This document shows positions 37,921 through 47,623 of a DNA stretch of 55,247 bases, piece after piece. The translations under genes and the position numbers were made by a program. The notes under the pieces were generated by a model. The model was given only the letters and a program-made list of their open reading frames with translations. It had not been told where the DNA came from and did no database searches. Source of the DNA: Deltaproteobacteria bacterium (GTDB lineage: Bacteria > Desulfobacterota > DSM-4660 > Desulfatiglandales > B25-G16); assembly GCA_019310725.1 (NCBI GenBank), contig JAFDDT010000005.1, positions 1-55,247 on the forward strand. The letters run 5' to 3'. Position 1 is the stretch's first letter; every line of letters begins with the position of its first letter.

Positions 37921-38458
37921 GGTTATCTTTTTCCTCTTGTCTCAAATGGTGCAAATATCCAGCCCTCACCATATTGAAATACCGGATAACCTTTTCATCT
38001 GCATAATCAGGGTATGTCCATACAAGAGGCATAAAGGTGCCGGCATGAAATATCAGGGTGAGGTCTGCATATGTCCCCTTGTCTAAGTAGATCCTGTGGG
38101 TATAGTTTTTGCCAGTAGCAAGCACTAGTCGTTCTAAAGATATATAGCCCGGATCAATGTTAATCCTTCTCTTTTTTCTTGCTAAATGTACATTTTCAAT
38201 GGCATTGGTCAATAGTTTTATATCTACAAGGGAGTCTGGAGAGATCAGTTTCGAAAAAGATACGAATCGCCTAAATAGAGGCCACCCCATCTCTCTTGCA
38301 TAGTATTCTGTTCTGTCAAACACCAATTTCTCGCTCACCCAGTCGACAGAGCCGAAATAGCCCTCCATCTGTTTTATGGCATTTTTTATCAATTGATCTT
38401 CTGCTGAAAAGAGACTGCTTATCAACTTTACCTTTGGTGATTCCTTCGGGATGCTCAT
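37913..38458 (-). CDS. DUF4416 family protein
   Basis: TEYYAREMG, RRINIDPGY, LATGKNYTHRIYL, WTYPDY. Confidence 0.8.
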   Translation of the reverse strand: MSIPKESPKVKLISSLFSAEDQLIKNAIKQMEGYFGSVDWVSEKLVFDRTEYYAREMGWPLFRRFVSFSKLISPDSLVDIKLLTNAIENVHLARKKRRINIDPGYISLERLVLATGKNYTHRIYLDKGTYADLTLIFHAGTFMPLVWTYPDYADEKVIRYFNMVRAGYLHHLRQEEKDNHA

Positions 38459-38486
38459 GACTCGTTATTGGTCACTCATTTCTCGT

Positions 38487-39518
38487 CTACTCTTTCTGCT
38501 TACCTCCCCCCTGCTCCTTACCACTATCAAGACGAGAAGCAACTAACTCCTTGAGACCATCTAGCCTGACTGCAGATGTGCCTATCTCGGCAACCACTAA
38601 GCCTGCCGCCAGATTAGAGAGATAGGCAGCGGCTCTGAGATCCAACCCCGAAGTAATGCCGAGGGTAAGCATGGCGATGACCGTATCCCCGGCACCAGTC
38701 ACGTCATATACCTTTCTTGCTACTGATTCTATATGTGTTATGCTGCCATCTTCCTCAAAGAGGGTCATTCCATCAGCTCCTCTCGTTATCAAAACTGCCC
38801 TGCAGCTTTCGTTACTGAGGAGTTTTTTTCCACTTTCTAACAAACCCTTCTCGTCTTCTATCTCCATGCCTGCTATTGCTGCTGCCTCATTATGGTTGGG
38901 TGTGATAATCGTTACCTCTTTATAGAGGGGAAAATTCTTCACATTGGGATCTACTGTCACCGGCAAATTACACTCTGAAATGACGCTTCTGAGGCCATCC
39001 ATAAGCTGGGAAGACACGACACCCTTTCCATAATCTGACACAATAATAGCAGAGAGATCCCTCTTTGTTTTATGAATGAAATCAAGGATACGATTAGTTG
39101 TCTCTGGTTTCACCAAACCTATTTTCTCCCGGTCGTACCTCACAACCTGTTGAGCATGAGCAATAATTCTTGTTTTGACGGTTGTAGGTCTACCATGCTC
39201 CACAATAATTCCATCAACATTAACACCTAATTCCTCTAATTTTGCGGTAAGTTCTCTTCCTCTAGAATCATTGCCCACAACGCCGCATAAGAAAACATTT
39301 CCACCTGAAGCAACAATGTTGTTCACAACATTGGCAGCACCTCCCAGCATTGTGGTCTCATGTTCAACCCCAACCACAGGTACCGGCGCCTCAGGGGAAA
39401 TCCTTGAAACCTTTCCCCAGATAAATTGATCTAATATAATATCGCCAACAACCAGTATCCTTGATCTTCCGAAATTATCAATTCCCCTTTTAAGATACTC
39501 CCTATCCATACTTTCCAT
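38487..39518 (-). CDS. rfaE1: D-glycero-beta-D-manno-heptose-7-phosphate kinase
   Basis: RISPEAPVPVV, GGAANV, SDYGKG, DVTGAGDT. Confidence 0.93.
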   Translation of the reverse strand: MESMDREYLKRGIDNFGRSRILVVGDIILDQFIWGKVSRISPEAPVPVVGVEHETTMLGGAANVVNNIVASGGNVFLCGVVGNDSRGRELTAKLEELGVNVDGIIVEHGRPTTVKTRIIAHAQQVVRYDREKIGLVKPETTNRILDFIHKTKRDLSAIIVSDYGKGVVSSQLMDGLRSVISECNLPVTVDPNVKNFPLYKEVTIITPNHNEAAAIAGMEIEDEKGLLESGKKLLSNESCRAVLITRGADGMTLFEEDGSITHIESVARKVYDVTGAGDTVIAMLTLGITSGLDLRAAAYLSNLAAGLVVAEIGTSAVRLDGLKELVASRLDSGKEQGGGKQKE

Positions 39519-39898
39519 AGCTAGATACCACTATTTTCCAGTCGCATCAAATGGTACACACTATCCTCGGCAGATGTGCCCCCCGTAGCTGTATAACCCC
39601 ACAAAACAATTCCACATCAACAATCTATCGGAATATAAAATCATATAACATATACTCACTGTTGGATAAAGTGAAAATGAGGGTCTGTCGAAATTCTCAA
39701 ACGCAACCTCAAAACCATATTAGCTTTGGTGCAAGCTCTCAGCCAGGTTTCTTGACTTTATTCCTGTTATGGGGCATCCTAGCAGTGTGCAGGATTTGCT
39801 CTAGATTACTGCCTGTCTTCGGTTCCCTGCTTCGGTATTCCTCAATAATTGATTGCCGGTGGTAATCATCAAGGTAACCAAGGATCTCGTGGATCAAA

Positions 39899-40675
39899 AT
39901 GGCTAAATTACTTAGAAGGAGATTTCCAAAGTCATATAAAATGTATCAAGAGGCAATAGGCGAAGTGTACTATGAGTTTTTGAGTATGGGACCACTCGTA
40001 AGACAGCTCTCAAAGAAACGGCTTCACCAGGTAGAACTGGCCCATGAAGACCCCTGGGAGGTAGTGAAGCGTTTTGCCGGAATAGGTCTATATCACACAA
40101 TCGCGCCTGTTCAGATCGAATCCGAGATTACCGAGCTTTTTCATATTGTGAAAAAGGTGAATCCAAAAGTCATATGTGAAATAGGCACCGATAAGGGCGG
40201 AACGCTGTATCTCTGGTCTAAAGCTATACAACCAGATGGTCTAATAATCAGCATAGATCTACCCAGAACATACAGAAGATCTCTCAACCGTTTCTTTCAC
40301 TCAGCCTTCTTTGAGAGCCAGCACATCTATTTTCTGAGGGAAAACTCTCAATCATTTGCATGTCAAGCAAGGGTTCAGAAAATTCTGGGTGGAAAACAAA
40401 TTGATTTTTTATTTATTGACGCCGATCATTCTTATGAGGGCGTGAAGAAAGATTTTCAATTATACTCCCCATTTGTTAGGAGATCTGGGGTTATAGCATT
40501 TCATGATATTCTGGATGATTGTGGTGTTGATAAGTTTTGGTCTGAAATAAGATCAGACTGCAATCATATTGAAATAGTGGAAGATTATGCGCAACAGTGT
40601 GCTGGCATAGGAATACTATATCATGAACCGGAAAATCGGCCAGAGCAATCTATTGTGGGACTTTCTACTATATAA
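39899..40675 (+). CDS. Class I SAM-dependent methyltransferase (Methyltransf_24-like)
   Basis: EIGTDKGGT, FLFIDADHSYEGV, IAFHD. Confidence 0.82.
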   Translation: MAKLLRRRFPKSYKMYQEAIGEVYYEFLSMGPLVRQLSKKRLHQVELAHEDPWEVVKRFAGIGLYHTIAPVQIESEITELFHIVKKVNPKVICEIGTDKGGTLYLWSKAIQPDGLIISIDLPRTYRRSLNRFFHSAFFESQHIYFLRENSQSFACQARVQKILGGKQIDFLFIDADHSYEGVKKDFQLYSPFVRRSGVIAFHDILDDCGVDKFWSEIRSDCNHIEIVEDYAQQCAGIGILYHEPENRPEQSIVGLSTI

Positions 40676-40692
40676 AATCTATCATATCTCCT

Positions 40693-41460
40693 ATGACTAT
40701 ATCGGTCTGCATTATTTGTTTTAATGAGGAACACAATATCAGGAGGTGCCTTGACAGCTCAACATGGGCAGACGAGATAGTGGTTGTTGACTCCGTCAGT
40801 CAGGATAAAACAGTAGCGATTGCAAGAGAATATACGGATAAGGTGTATCAACAGGCATGGCCTGGCTATATGGAACAAAAGAACTTTGCCCTGTCAAAGG
40901 CCCATGGGGACTGGGTATTGAGTTTGGATGCCGATGAAGAGGTAAGCCCTGAACTGCGGGAGGAGATTTTAACTGAGATTCGTAGGCATCACACCAATGA
41001 TGGGTACCGAATACCTCGCCGGTCTTTTTACCAGGGGAGGTGGATAGATCACAGCGGTTTCTACCCTGATAGACAGCTTCGCCTTTTCAGATCTGAATGT
41101 GGTCGCTGGACAGGAGGGCGCGTGCATGAAAAAGTGGAGATAAAAGGGAGCGTCGGTGATCTGAAACATGACCTCTTGCACTATCCCTATAAGGGCACCA
41201 TCTCTGGACAGCTTCAAACCGTAAACAGCTTTTCCAGCCTCCTGGCACAAGACATGTACGCGAAAGGAAAGCAGTATCATCTCTGGTTGCTTGTGGCCCG
41301 TCCAGCATTCAAGTTTCTGGAGGTCTATGTGCTTAAGCTGGGTTTTTTGGATGGCCTTGCCGGCTTTATCATAGCGATTACGTCTGCGTATGCCCTGTTT
41401 GTCCGGTATGTCAAGCTGAGGGAGATAGAGAATCGTTTTGGAAACCAGCCCGCCAAGTGA
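40693..41460 (+). CDS. GT2 glycosyltransferase (LPS core beta-1,4-glucosyltransferase-like)
   Basis: NEE.NI, VVDS, QKNFA, LDADE, VHE, GFLDG. Confidence 0.88.
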   Translation: MTISVCIICFNEEHNIRRCLDSSTWADEIVVVDSVSQDKTVAIAREYTDKVYQQAWPGYMEQKNFALSKAHGDWVLSLDADEEVSPELREEILTEIRRHHTNDGYRIPRRSFYQGRWIDHSGFYPDRQLRLFRSECGRWTGGRVHEKVEIKGSVGDLKHDLLHYPYKGTISGQLQTVNSFSSLLAQDMYAKGKQYHLWLLVARPAFKFLEVYVLKLGFLDGLAGFIIAITSAYALFVRYVKLREIENRFGNQPAK

Positions 41461-42322
41461 CCTTTCAGTGATTGTTGTTAACTACAACACCGCCGACTTT
41501 CTTGTCAGGTGTTTGAATTCGATTGCCTCACAAACACAGATCGATTCCGAGGTCATAGTTGTTGATAACGCTTCACAGGACAATAGCCTTGACCTGATAA
41601 GGAATAATTTCCCATGGGTGATAGTGATTGCGAATGAACGCAACCTAGGCTTTGCCCGAGCCAACAATCTAGCTTTGAAGACCTGCAGAGCCGATTACGT
41701 GTACTTTCTCAACCCTGACACAGAGGTCATGGGACGATGTTTTCGAAACATGATCGATTTTATGGATCAGCGCCCTGAGGTAGGCCTTGCCGGAACCCGA
41801 ATTGTCAATCCCGATGGATCGCCCCAATCATCCATTGAAAAGCGCTATCCCGGTGAAAAATATGCAAAACAAGAGTTGAGAGATCTAAAAGGGAATATTG
41901 CTTGGGTAATGGGCGCCAGCATGATAGCCAGGCGCGGAATTGTTGAAGACTTGGGCGGCTTCGATGAAGATTTTTTTCTCTATGGGGAAGAACAAGACCT
42001 ATGTCTGAGAATAAGAAAGGCAGGTTGGACTATCGAGTATATCAACGAGTCAGCAGTGGTCCACTGGGGTGGACAAAGCGAGCGTAAAAATCTGCCTGCA
42101 GAGGTCTGGAAGAAGAAATTTCAGGCAGAACTCGTCTTTTACCGAAAACACTACTCCGAAAGGGCTATCCGTGGAATAAAGCGAGCCAACCTTATCAAAG
42201 CCTTCTGGAGGATTTTGATCTTGAAACTTACCATTCCCTTTTGCTCGGATAAAAATGCCTCCCTTAAAAAATTGGAAAAATACAGGTTGGTTCTGAAGGC
42301 ATTCGGCACGAGGGACATTTGA
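41438..42322 (+). CDS. GT2 glycosyltransferase
   Basis: VVNYN, VDNAS, NLGFARANN, LNPDT, FDEDFFLYGEE. Confidence 0.88.
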   Translation: METSPPSDLSVIVVNYNTADFLVRCLNSIASQTQIDSEVIVVDNASQDNSLDLIRNNFPWVIVIANERNLGFARANNLALKTCRADYVYFLNPDTEVMGRCFRNMIDFMDQRPEVGLAGTRIVNPDGSPQSSIEKRYPGEKYAKQELRDLKGNIAWVMGASMIARRGIVEDLGGFDEDFFLYGEEQDLCLRIRKAGWTIEYINESAVVHWGGQSERKNLPAEVWKKKFQAELVFYRKHYSERAIRGIKRANLIKAFWRILILKLTIPFCSDKNASLKKLEKYRLVLKAFGTRDI

Positions 42323-42347
42323 ACTGGGGGAAGAATAGTTTTTTGCT

Positions 42348-43481
42348 ATGAAGATTGCAGTTGTGATTCCTAAATATGGGCTAGTAGGGGGGGCAGAAGC
42401 CTTTGCATACGAACTCACGGAAAGATTGGCTCAGCGCGATGAGTTTGAGATTCATGTATTCGCCAATAAATGGCGCCAAGGAAGGTCCACTGTTACCTTT
42501 CACAAGGTTCCGCATCTCCCTTTCCCACGCTTTATGAGACCGATTAACTTCGCATATTTTTCAAAAAGACGAATTCATCCTGAATACTACGATTTGATAC
42601 ACAGTCATGACCGAATTTTCACGATGAATATCTTCACCATGCATGGCATTCCCCATAAAACATGGATCAGAGAGGCTCGGGCAAAACCCTTGAGTCTTTT
42701 CGACAGGTCCATGGCCTGGGTAGAGGAAAAAGCCTTGAAAGGATCATCCCTTCCTATGATCCTCCCTGTTTCAACCCTAGTTAAAGAGGAGCTTCTTAGA
42801 ATCTATGATATTCCTGAATCCAAGATTCAGGTTATCCACCCAGGGGTTTCAATAGACCGCTTTAAGGCTCTGGATCACGAAAGTTGCCGATATGAGATTC
42901 GCCAGCGCCATGGCTTGTCGCAAAGCGATATTATCGTCCTGTTCGTGGGAATGAACTTCGAGATCAAACGATTGCAACTGGTCTTGAAGGGAATTGCTCA
43001 CTTGGTTGGTACAGAAATGACCAATTCCACCTTAAAACTGCTTGTTGTGGGCAAAGGTGACGAGAGGCGGTATCTGGCTATGGCGCGGGGTTTAGGCATC
43101 CAGAATCGGATTCTTTTTGCAGGGGTAAGCCGTGAGATAGAAAAATATTACCTGGCGAGCGACATCTTTACCATGCCATCCCAGCTAGATACCTTTGGCT
43201 TGGCCGTTCTGGAGGCAATGACAGCGGGATTACCTGTTATTATTACACAAAAAGTGGGTGCAAGCGATCTGATAGATCCTGATATCCACGGATTCGTGCT
43301 CGGGAAAGACCCCTCCCCTTTGGATTTCAGCGAAAAACTTGCCTTTCTGATGAAGAAAGAAAATCGCATGAGATTGGGCGATAATGCACGAAAGGCTGCA
43401 TTGCAATATACGTGGGATAAGGTGGGCGATCAAGTAGCAGATCTGTATCACAAACTCGTTCGCAGAGGAAACCCGGTTTGA
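42348..43481 (+). CDS. GT4 glycosyltransferase
   Basis: GGAE, DTFGLAVLEAM. Confidence 0.88.
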   Translation: MKIAVVIPKYGLVGGAEAFAYELTERLAQRDEFEIHVFANKWRQGRSTVTFHKVPHLPFPRFMRPINFAYFSKRRIHPEYYDLIHSHDRIFTMNIFTMHGIPHKTWIREARAKPLSLFDRSMAWVEEKALKGSSLPMILPVSTLVKEELLRIYDIPESKIQVIHPGVSIDRFKALDHESCRYEIRQRHGLSQSDIIVLFVGMNFEIKRLQLVLKGIAHLVGTEMTNSTLKLLVVGKGDERRYLAMARGLGIQNRILFAGVSREIEKYYLASDIFTMPSQLDTFGLAVLEAMTAGLPVIITQKVGASDLIDPDIHGFVLGKDPSPLDFSEKLAFLMKKENRMRLGDNARKAALQYTWDKVGDQVADLYHKLVRRGNPV

Positions 43482-44323
43482 TGGAAAGAGCACCTGAGGT
43501 ATGTATTCTTTGTGGCGCGCAAGAAAGAGAACTTTTGATCAAGAAAGGCTCTTGGAAAATATATCGGTGCCAGAAATGTGGCCTCGGATTCCTTGACCCC
43601 CGTCCATCTCAAGAAGAGATCGAGCATCTTTATCGCAACGAGTATTTCTTTGAACGATACGATGAGGGTCTTGATCCAAATTCTCCGGAATTCCAAAAAA
43701 GGCTCCGTAGTGAGAAGCATCGTGTTCGATTCATAAGAAAGGTAAAACAGGATGGCCGGCTGCTCGATATTGGATGCGGATATGGCTACTTTTTGGCCGC
43801 CTGCCGGAATGAGGGGTTCGAGGTAAGTGGCGTAGATGTCTCAGGCTGGGCAACCCAGTATGCCATTGAAGGGCTTGGGATTCCTGTCAGGCTCGGAAAA
43901 TTTGGTGACCTAACCCTGCCCTCTCACCATTTCGATATAATCACCATGTGGCATTCTCTGGAACACACCCCCAATCCTCATCTCGCTTTACAGGTGGCGA
44001 AATCATGCTTGAAGTCAGATGGAATCCTGGCAATCGACGTACCCAACTATAGAGGAAGCGATGCCCAGAGAATGTGGCAAAAATGGGATGACTGGTCTGT
44101 ACCATACCACTTTTGGCACTTTACCTCTCAGACCTTGATGCAGTTTCTCGGGAAACACGGTTTCAGAGTCATAAAAAGTAAAGATTATCACTCTTCCATT
44201 ATTAAAGAGAAATGGGGCCGGATCCTGATACTCAAACCGTTTGCCCGCCTCATTGCCAAAATGTACTCCGGGCACAGTATTGCTGTCATTGCCCGGTCAG
44301 ATGAAAAGATGAAAGCGCATTGA
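43478..44323 (+). CDS. Zinc-ribbon class I SAM-dependent methyltransferase
   Basis: CILC/CQKC, LLDIGCGYG, WHSLEH, VPN. Confidence 0.85.
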   Translation: MMERAPEVCILCGAQERELLIKKGSWKIYRCQKCGLGFLDPRPSQEEIEHLYRNEYFFERYDEGLDPNSPEFQKRLRSEKHRVRFIRKVKQDGRLLDIGCGYGYFLAACRNEGFEVSGVDVSGWATQYAIEGLGIPVRLGKFGDLTLPSHHFDIITMWHSLEHTPNPHLALQVAKSCLKSDGILAIDVPNYRGSDAQRMWQKWDDWSVPYHFWHFTSQTLMQFLGKHGFRVIKSKDYHSSIIKEKWGRILILKPFARLIAKMYSGHSIAVIARSDEKMKAH

Positions 44324-44355
44324 AGTGGTGGGATCTACGTCAGAGAGATGAGTCT

Positions 44356-45444
44356 TTACAAAGGAGATAAGATTTCATTGAGCTGATCCTCAACTAACGG
44401 GATGACCTCTTCTGGCTCTAACTCATCAAGGCACCGGCTTACTTCACTGTTATTACACCCTTTTTGCCTGCACGGGACACATAGCAAATCTTTCTGAATA
44501 ATGCGATGCTTCTTTCCACGGGGAGCCCAGCTCACCGGAGAAGATGGCCCAAATATCGTTATAGTAGGTATACCAACCGCTGCGGCAATATGCATAGCGG
44601 CGCTATCTATCCCAATCAGTAAACTACACTTCTTGAGAACGGCTGGCAGCTCAACAAGAGACGTCTTCCCGGCAAAGTTATATGCATCTGCACTGCTCCC
44701 CGATACTATCTCACTTACCCTATCCCTTTCTTCGGGCGCACCGGTTACTATAATAGCCACCGGGTACCGGGAGCCTATATGGTTGATGAGTCTGATATAA
44801 TTTTCAGTAAGCCATTCCTTGTACCTCCAGCGAGAAAAGGGATGCAGGGCAAGTATTGGTTTGTCAGAAGGCACTTTTTCCCTTCTCAGTATCTCTAATG
44901 CGCTTTTTTCCTTTTCTGGTGTGACCACTAACGCCAGAGATGTATCCTTGACTTCTAATTCCAGCGGGGCCAAAATATTCAGACTATGGAGTGAGGAATA
45001 TTGCTCCAATTCGTTTTCGGGTCGGATCAAATGGGTAAAAAGCCTGTTCCTCCACAATGTTCCATCGTCAGAATATCTTCCTATCCTCACTTTCGCCCCA
45101 CTCAAATATGAGACAATGGCGCCCCTGGTTCCGGCCCGGAGGTCAATGGTTAATTGAAATCTTTTCCTCCGTAGCGCTGCAAGAAAATCTCTCTGATAGG
45201 CGATCTCCTCTCTCAGGTTCCTATTACCCTTGTTCACCGAAATCACACCATCAACCCACGGACAGCCCTCTGCCAATTCCCTTGTATGCTCTCTTACAAA
45301 GACAAAGATCTCACTACGAGGACAATTCTCCCTGAGTGTTTTCATGGTAGGGGTAGTAAGCACCAAATCCCCTACATCTCCCAATTGTATTAACAGGATC
45401 CTGGTAATACCTTCCGGTGAAAATGCCCTACCTTTAACCAACAT
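44356..45444 (-). CDS. GT9 LPS heptosyltransferase (heptosyltransferase III-like)
   Basis: GDLVLTTP, HPFSRWRYKEW, DSAAMHIAAA, FGPS. Confidence 0.88.
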   Translation of the reverse strand: MLVKGRAFSPEGITRILLIQLGDVGDLVLTTPTMKTLRENCPRSEIFVFVREHTRELAEGCPWVDGVISVNKGNRNLREEIAYQRDFLAALRRKRFQLTIDLRAGTRGAIVSYLSGAKVRIGRYSDDGTLWRNRLFTHLIRPENELEQYSSLHSLNILAPLELEVKDTSLALVVTPEKEKSALEILRREKVPSDKPILALHPFSRWRYKEWLTENYIRLINHIGSRYPVAIIVTGAPEERDRVSEIVSGSSADAYNFAGKTSLVELPAVLKKCSLLIGIDSAAMHIAAAVGIPTITIFGPSSPVSWAPRGKKHRIIQKDLLCVPCRQKGCNNSEVSRCLDELEPEEVIPLVEDQLNEILSPL

Positions 45445-45450
45445 GGGTCT

Positions 45451-46377
45451 TCACTTTCCCCTTTTTTCGGGGCATCCCGTTAGATGCCACGCTATTAACT
45501 GAATGTAAACGACGAATCTTTTTCTTGTCGAGGTCTCAACCCCGAGGGTAAACACCATACCTATAAGAGAGAGAATGACATTGATCAACAACCTAAAAAA
45601 AATAATCAAATAGAACACGGGATAGGAATGGGGATGCCACTTTCTAAAAAAGAGATAGCGAGACCTATAGAACATAATCCTTGAATTTACACCACTCCCC
45701 ACTGTCTTCCCCTGGGCATGAAATATCCGTGCCGAAGGCACGAAATATGTAGCCCACCCGCCCCGTTTCATCCTATAGGCCCAGTCAGTCTCCTCAAAGA
45801 AAAAGAAATACCTCTCATCAAAATACCCCACATCATCTATGGCCGCTTTTCGAACTATTAGACAGGCACCAATACCTGAATCTACCTTTATAGGCGAAAC
45901 ATAGACTCTCCTTTTGCTTGGAAATCGGTTCGGCATTACCATTCTAAGAAGGCTCTCATTGCTCAGAAGAGTGAGAGGGGAAGGAAAATTGGCAATAGAA
46001 TTCTGTTTGGAACCATCCTGGTTCAACAACTGCCCACATGCCATACCTGCCTCAGGGGTAGCTTCCATAAAACCATAGAGCTCCCTTGCAGCCCCATTGG
46101 TCAATACAGTGTCGCTATTGAGCAACAGAGCATACCGTCCATTCATGTGCCTGAAGGCCTGGTTGTTTGCGGCAGCGAAACCTAAGTTTTGCTTGTTTCC
46201 TATGATAGTGACATCAGGATATTCTTTTCCTACGGCCTCCACTGTTCCATCGGTTGAATTATTGTCAACAAGCAATACCTCGAAAGAAACCCCTTTGACG
46301 GTTTTGTTGATGGAGGCCAAACACTCAAGCACGAGTTCTCTTGTATTGAAACTAACAACAATAATAGAGAGATCCAA
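45451..46377 (-). CDS. GT2 glycosyltransferase
   Basis: VSFNT, VDNNS, LGFAAANN, LLNSD, FDERYFFFFEETD. Confidence 0.88.
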   Translation of the reverse strand: MDLSIIVVSFNTRELVLECLASINKTVKGVSFEVLLVDNNSTDGTVEAVGKEYPDVTIIGNKQNLGFAAANNQAFRHMNGRYALLLNSDTVLTNGAARELYGFMEATPEAGMACGQLLNQDGSKQNSIANFPSPLTLLSNESLLRMVMPNRFPSKRRVYVSPIKVDSGIGACLIVRKAAIDDVGYFDERYFFFFEETDWAYRMKRGGWATYFVPSARIFHAQGKTVGSGVNSRIMFYRSRYLFFRKWHPHSYPVFYLIIFFRLLINVILSLIGMVFTLGVETSTRKRFVVYIQLIAWHLTGCPEKRGK

Positions 46378-46560
46378 TTAACCCTCTTTTAGAGGCCTTG
46401 CCTCATCTATGAGCATGATAGGTATGTCATCTTTAATCTCGTATAAAAGCTTGCAGTTATCACAAATAAGTCCATCTCCTGCTTCAGTAAGGTAGATATC
46501 GCCCTTACACTTGGGGCATACTAAAATGTCCAGCAGTTCCTTGCTGATAGCCATAGTCAA
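46378..46560 (-). CDS. Trm112/YcaR family protein
   Basis: LLDILVCPKCKG...YEIKDDIPIMLIDEA. Confidence 0.9.
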   Translation of the reverse strand: MTMAISKELLDILVCPKCKGDIYLTEAGDGLICDNCKLLYEIKDDIPIMLIDEARPLKEG

Positions 46561-46843
46561 ACCTCCTCACGTTTAAGTGACCTAAAGTGCCTAAAGCCCG
46601 CCCTGGCGCTATTTGCTATGATCAGCCTACTAAGTTTATAAGCCACTATGTGCTTGAATTAGCTTACTAAATCTATAGTCCAGGTCTGTACCAGGGTTGA
46701 AAGTGAGCTAAAGTTTGTAGGAATCTATCCCTCACGACCTCTACAAAAGGCAGACTGGGAAAAACGTCACCAATTGCACTCAATTAGATGATTGAGATCT
46801 GCAGTCATTTACCGTTGCGCTGGAGGAAATAGGCCCAGCCCCG

Positions 46844-47422
46844 TCAAAAGCTACTATCCTGTTGTAAAATCCATGTTACAGCCCTTAATAGATCTTCTGC
46901 CACAAAGATGGGTTTTAGCCTTTTATGAGGCACAATGTATTCTAAATCCCCCCTGCCGTAGCCGGTTAAGACCAGAATACCAGGAAGACTTGCGTTATGT
47001 GCGAAGTCTATATCAACCCAGCGGTCACCGACCACAAATGACCTTTGCATATCGATATCTAATTCAGCCCTGGCCCTTTCTATGAGACCTGTTCCTGGTT
47101 TTCTACACCCGCACTCTTTCCTATACTCAGAAACTAAACCATGAGGATGGTGAGGGCAGAAATAGACGCCATCAAGGTACGCGTCATCTTCAGCTAGCTC
47201 CTGCTTCATTAAATCATGGATCTCATGCACCAGTTTTACAGGAAAATAGCCCTGTGCAACACCAGACTGGTTCGATGCCACAACCACAAGGTGGTTATTC
47301 TTGTTCAAAAGTGATATGGCCTCCCCTACCCCGGGCAAAAGCACAAAGCGGCTTATATGATTTACATAACCCCGCTGCTCATTTATGGTTCCATCTCTGT
47401 CTATAAATACTGCTGGTCTCAT
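46844..47422 (-). CDS. gmhB: D-glycero-D-manno-heptose 1,7-bisphosphate phosphatase
   Basis: FIDRDGT, NQSG, CPHHP, CGCRKP, VGDRWVD. Confidence 0.92.
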   Translation of the reverse strand: MRPAVFIDRDGTINEQRGYVNHISRFVLLPGVGEAISLLNKNNHLVVVASNQSGVAQGYFPVKLVHEIHDLMKQELAEDDAYLDGVYFCPHHPHGLVSEYRKECGCRKPGTGLIERARAELDIDMQRSFVVGDRWVDIDFAHNASLPGILVLTGYGRGDLEYIVPHKRLKPIFVAEDLLRAVTWILQQDSSF

Positions 47423-47440
47423 TTCAATCTCAAATTTTTA

Positions 47441-47623
47441 TTACATACTCAGCCACAGATTTACACCGATTACCACTGATATTTTCTGGTTTTTTGCCAA
47501 AGTTCAATAATAAGCCAATTTCAATATTTGTCGCCGCCAGCCAATTGATTATAAGAGTCTGTGATTTTTTTGTATTTAAACCTATCTGTGTTCATCTGTG
47601 TGAATCGGTGGCTAAACTGTTAC
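47441..47623. mobile_element. MITE-like insertion with 8-bp target duplication
   Basis: AATTTTTA at 47433-47440 and 47624-47631. The right end reads GTAACAGTTTAGCCACCGAT in reverse complement; the left end is TTACATACTCAGCCACAGAT. Internal CACAGAT/ATCTGTG repeats. Confidence 0.72.

Noticed and set aside
39551-39865. 104-aa ORF in the divergent gap before the methyltransferase
   Set aside because: No recognisable motif or RBS; the region is probably promoter DNA.
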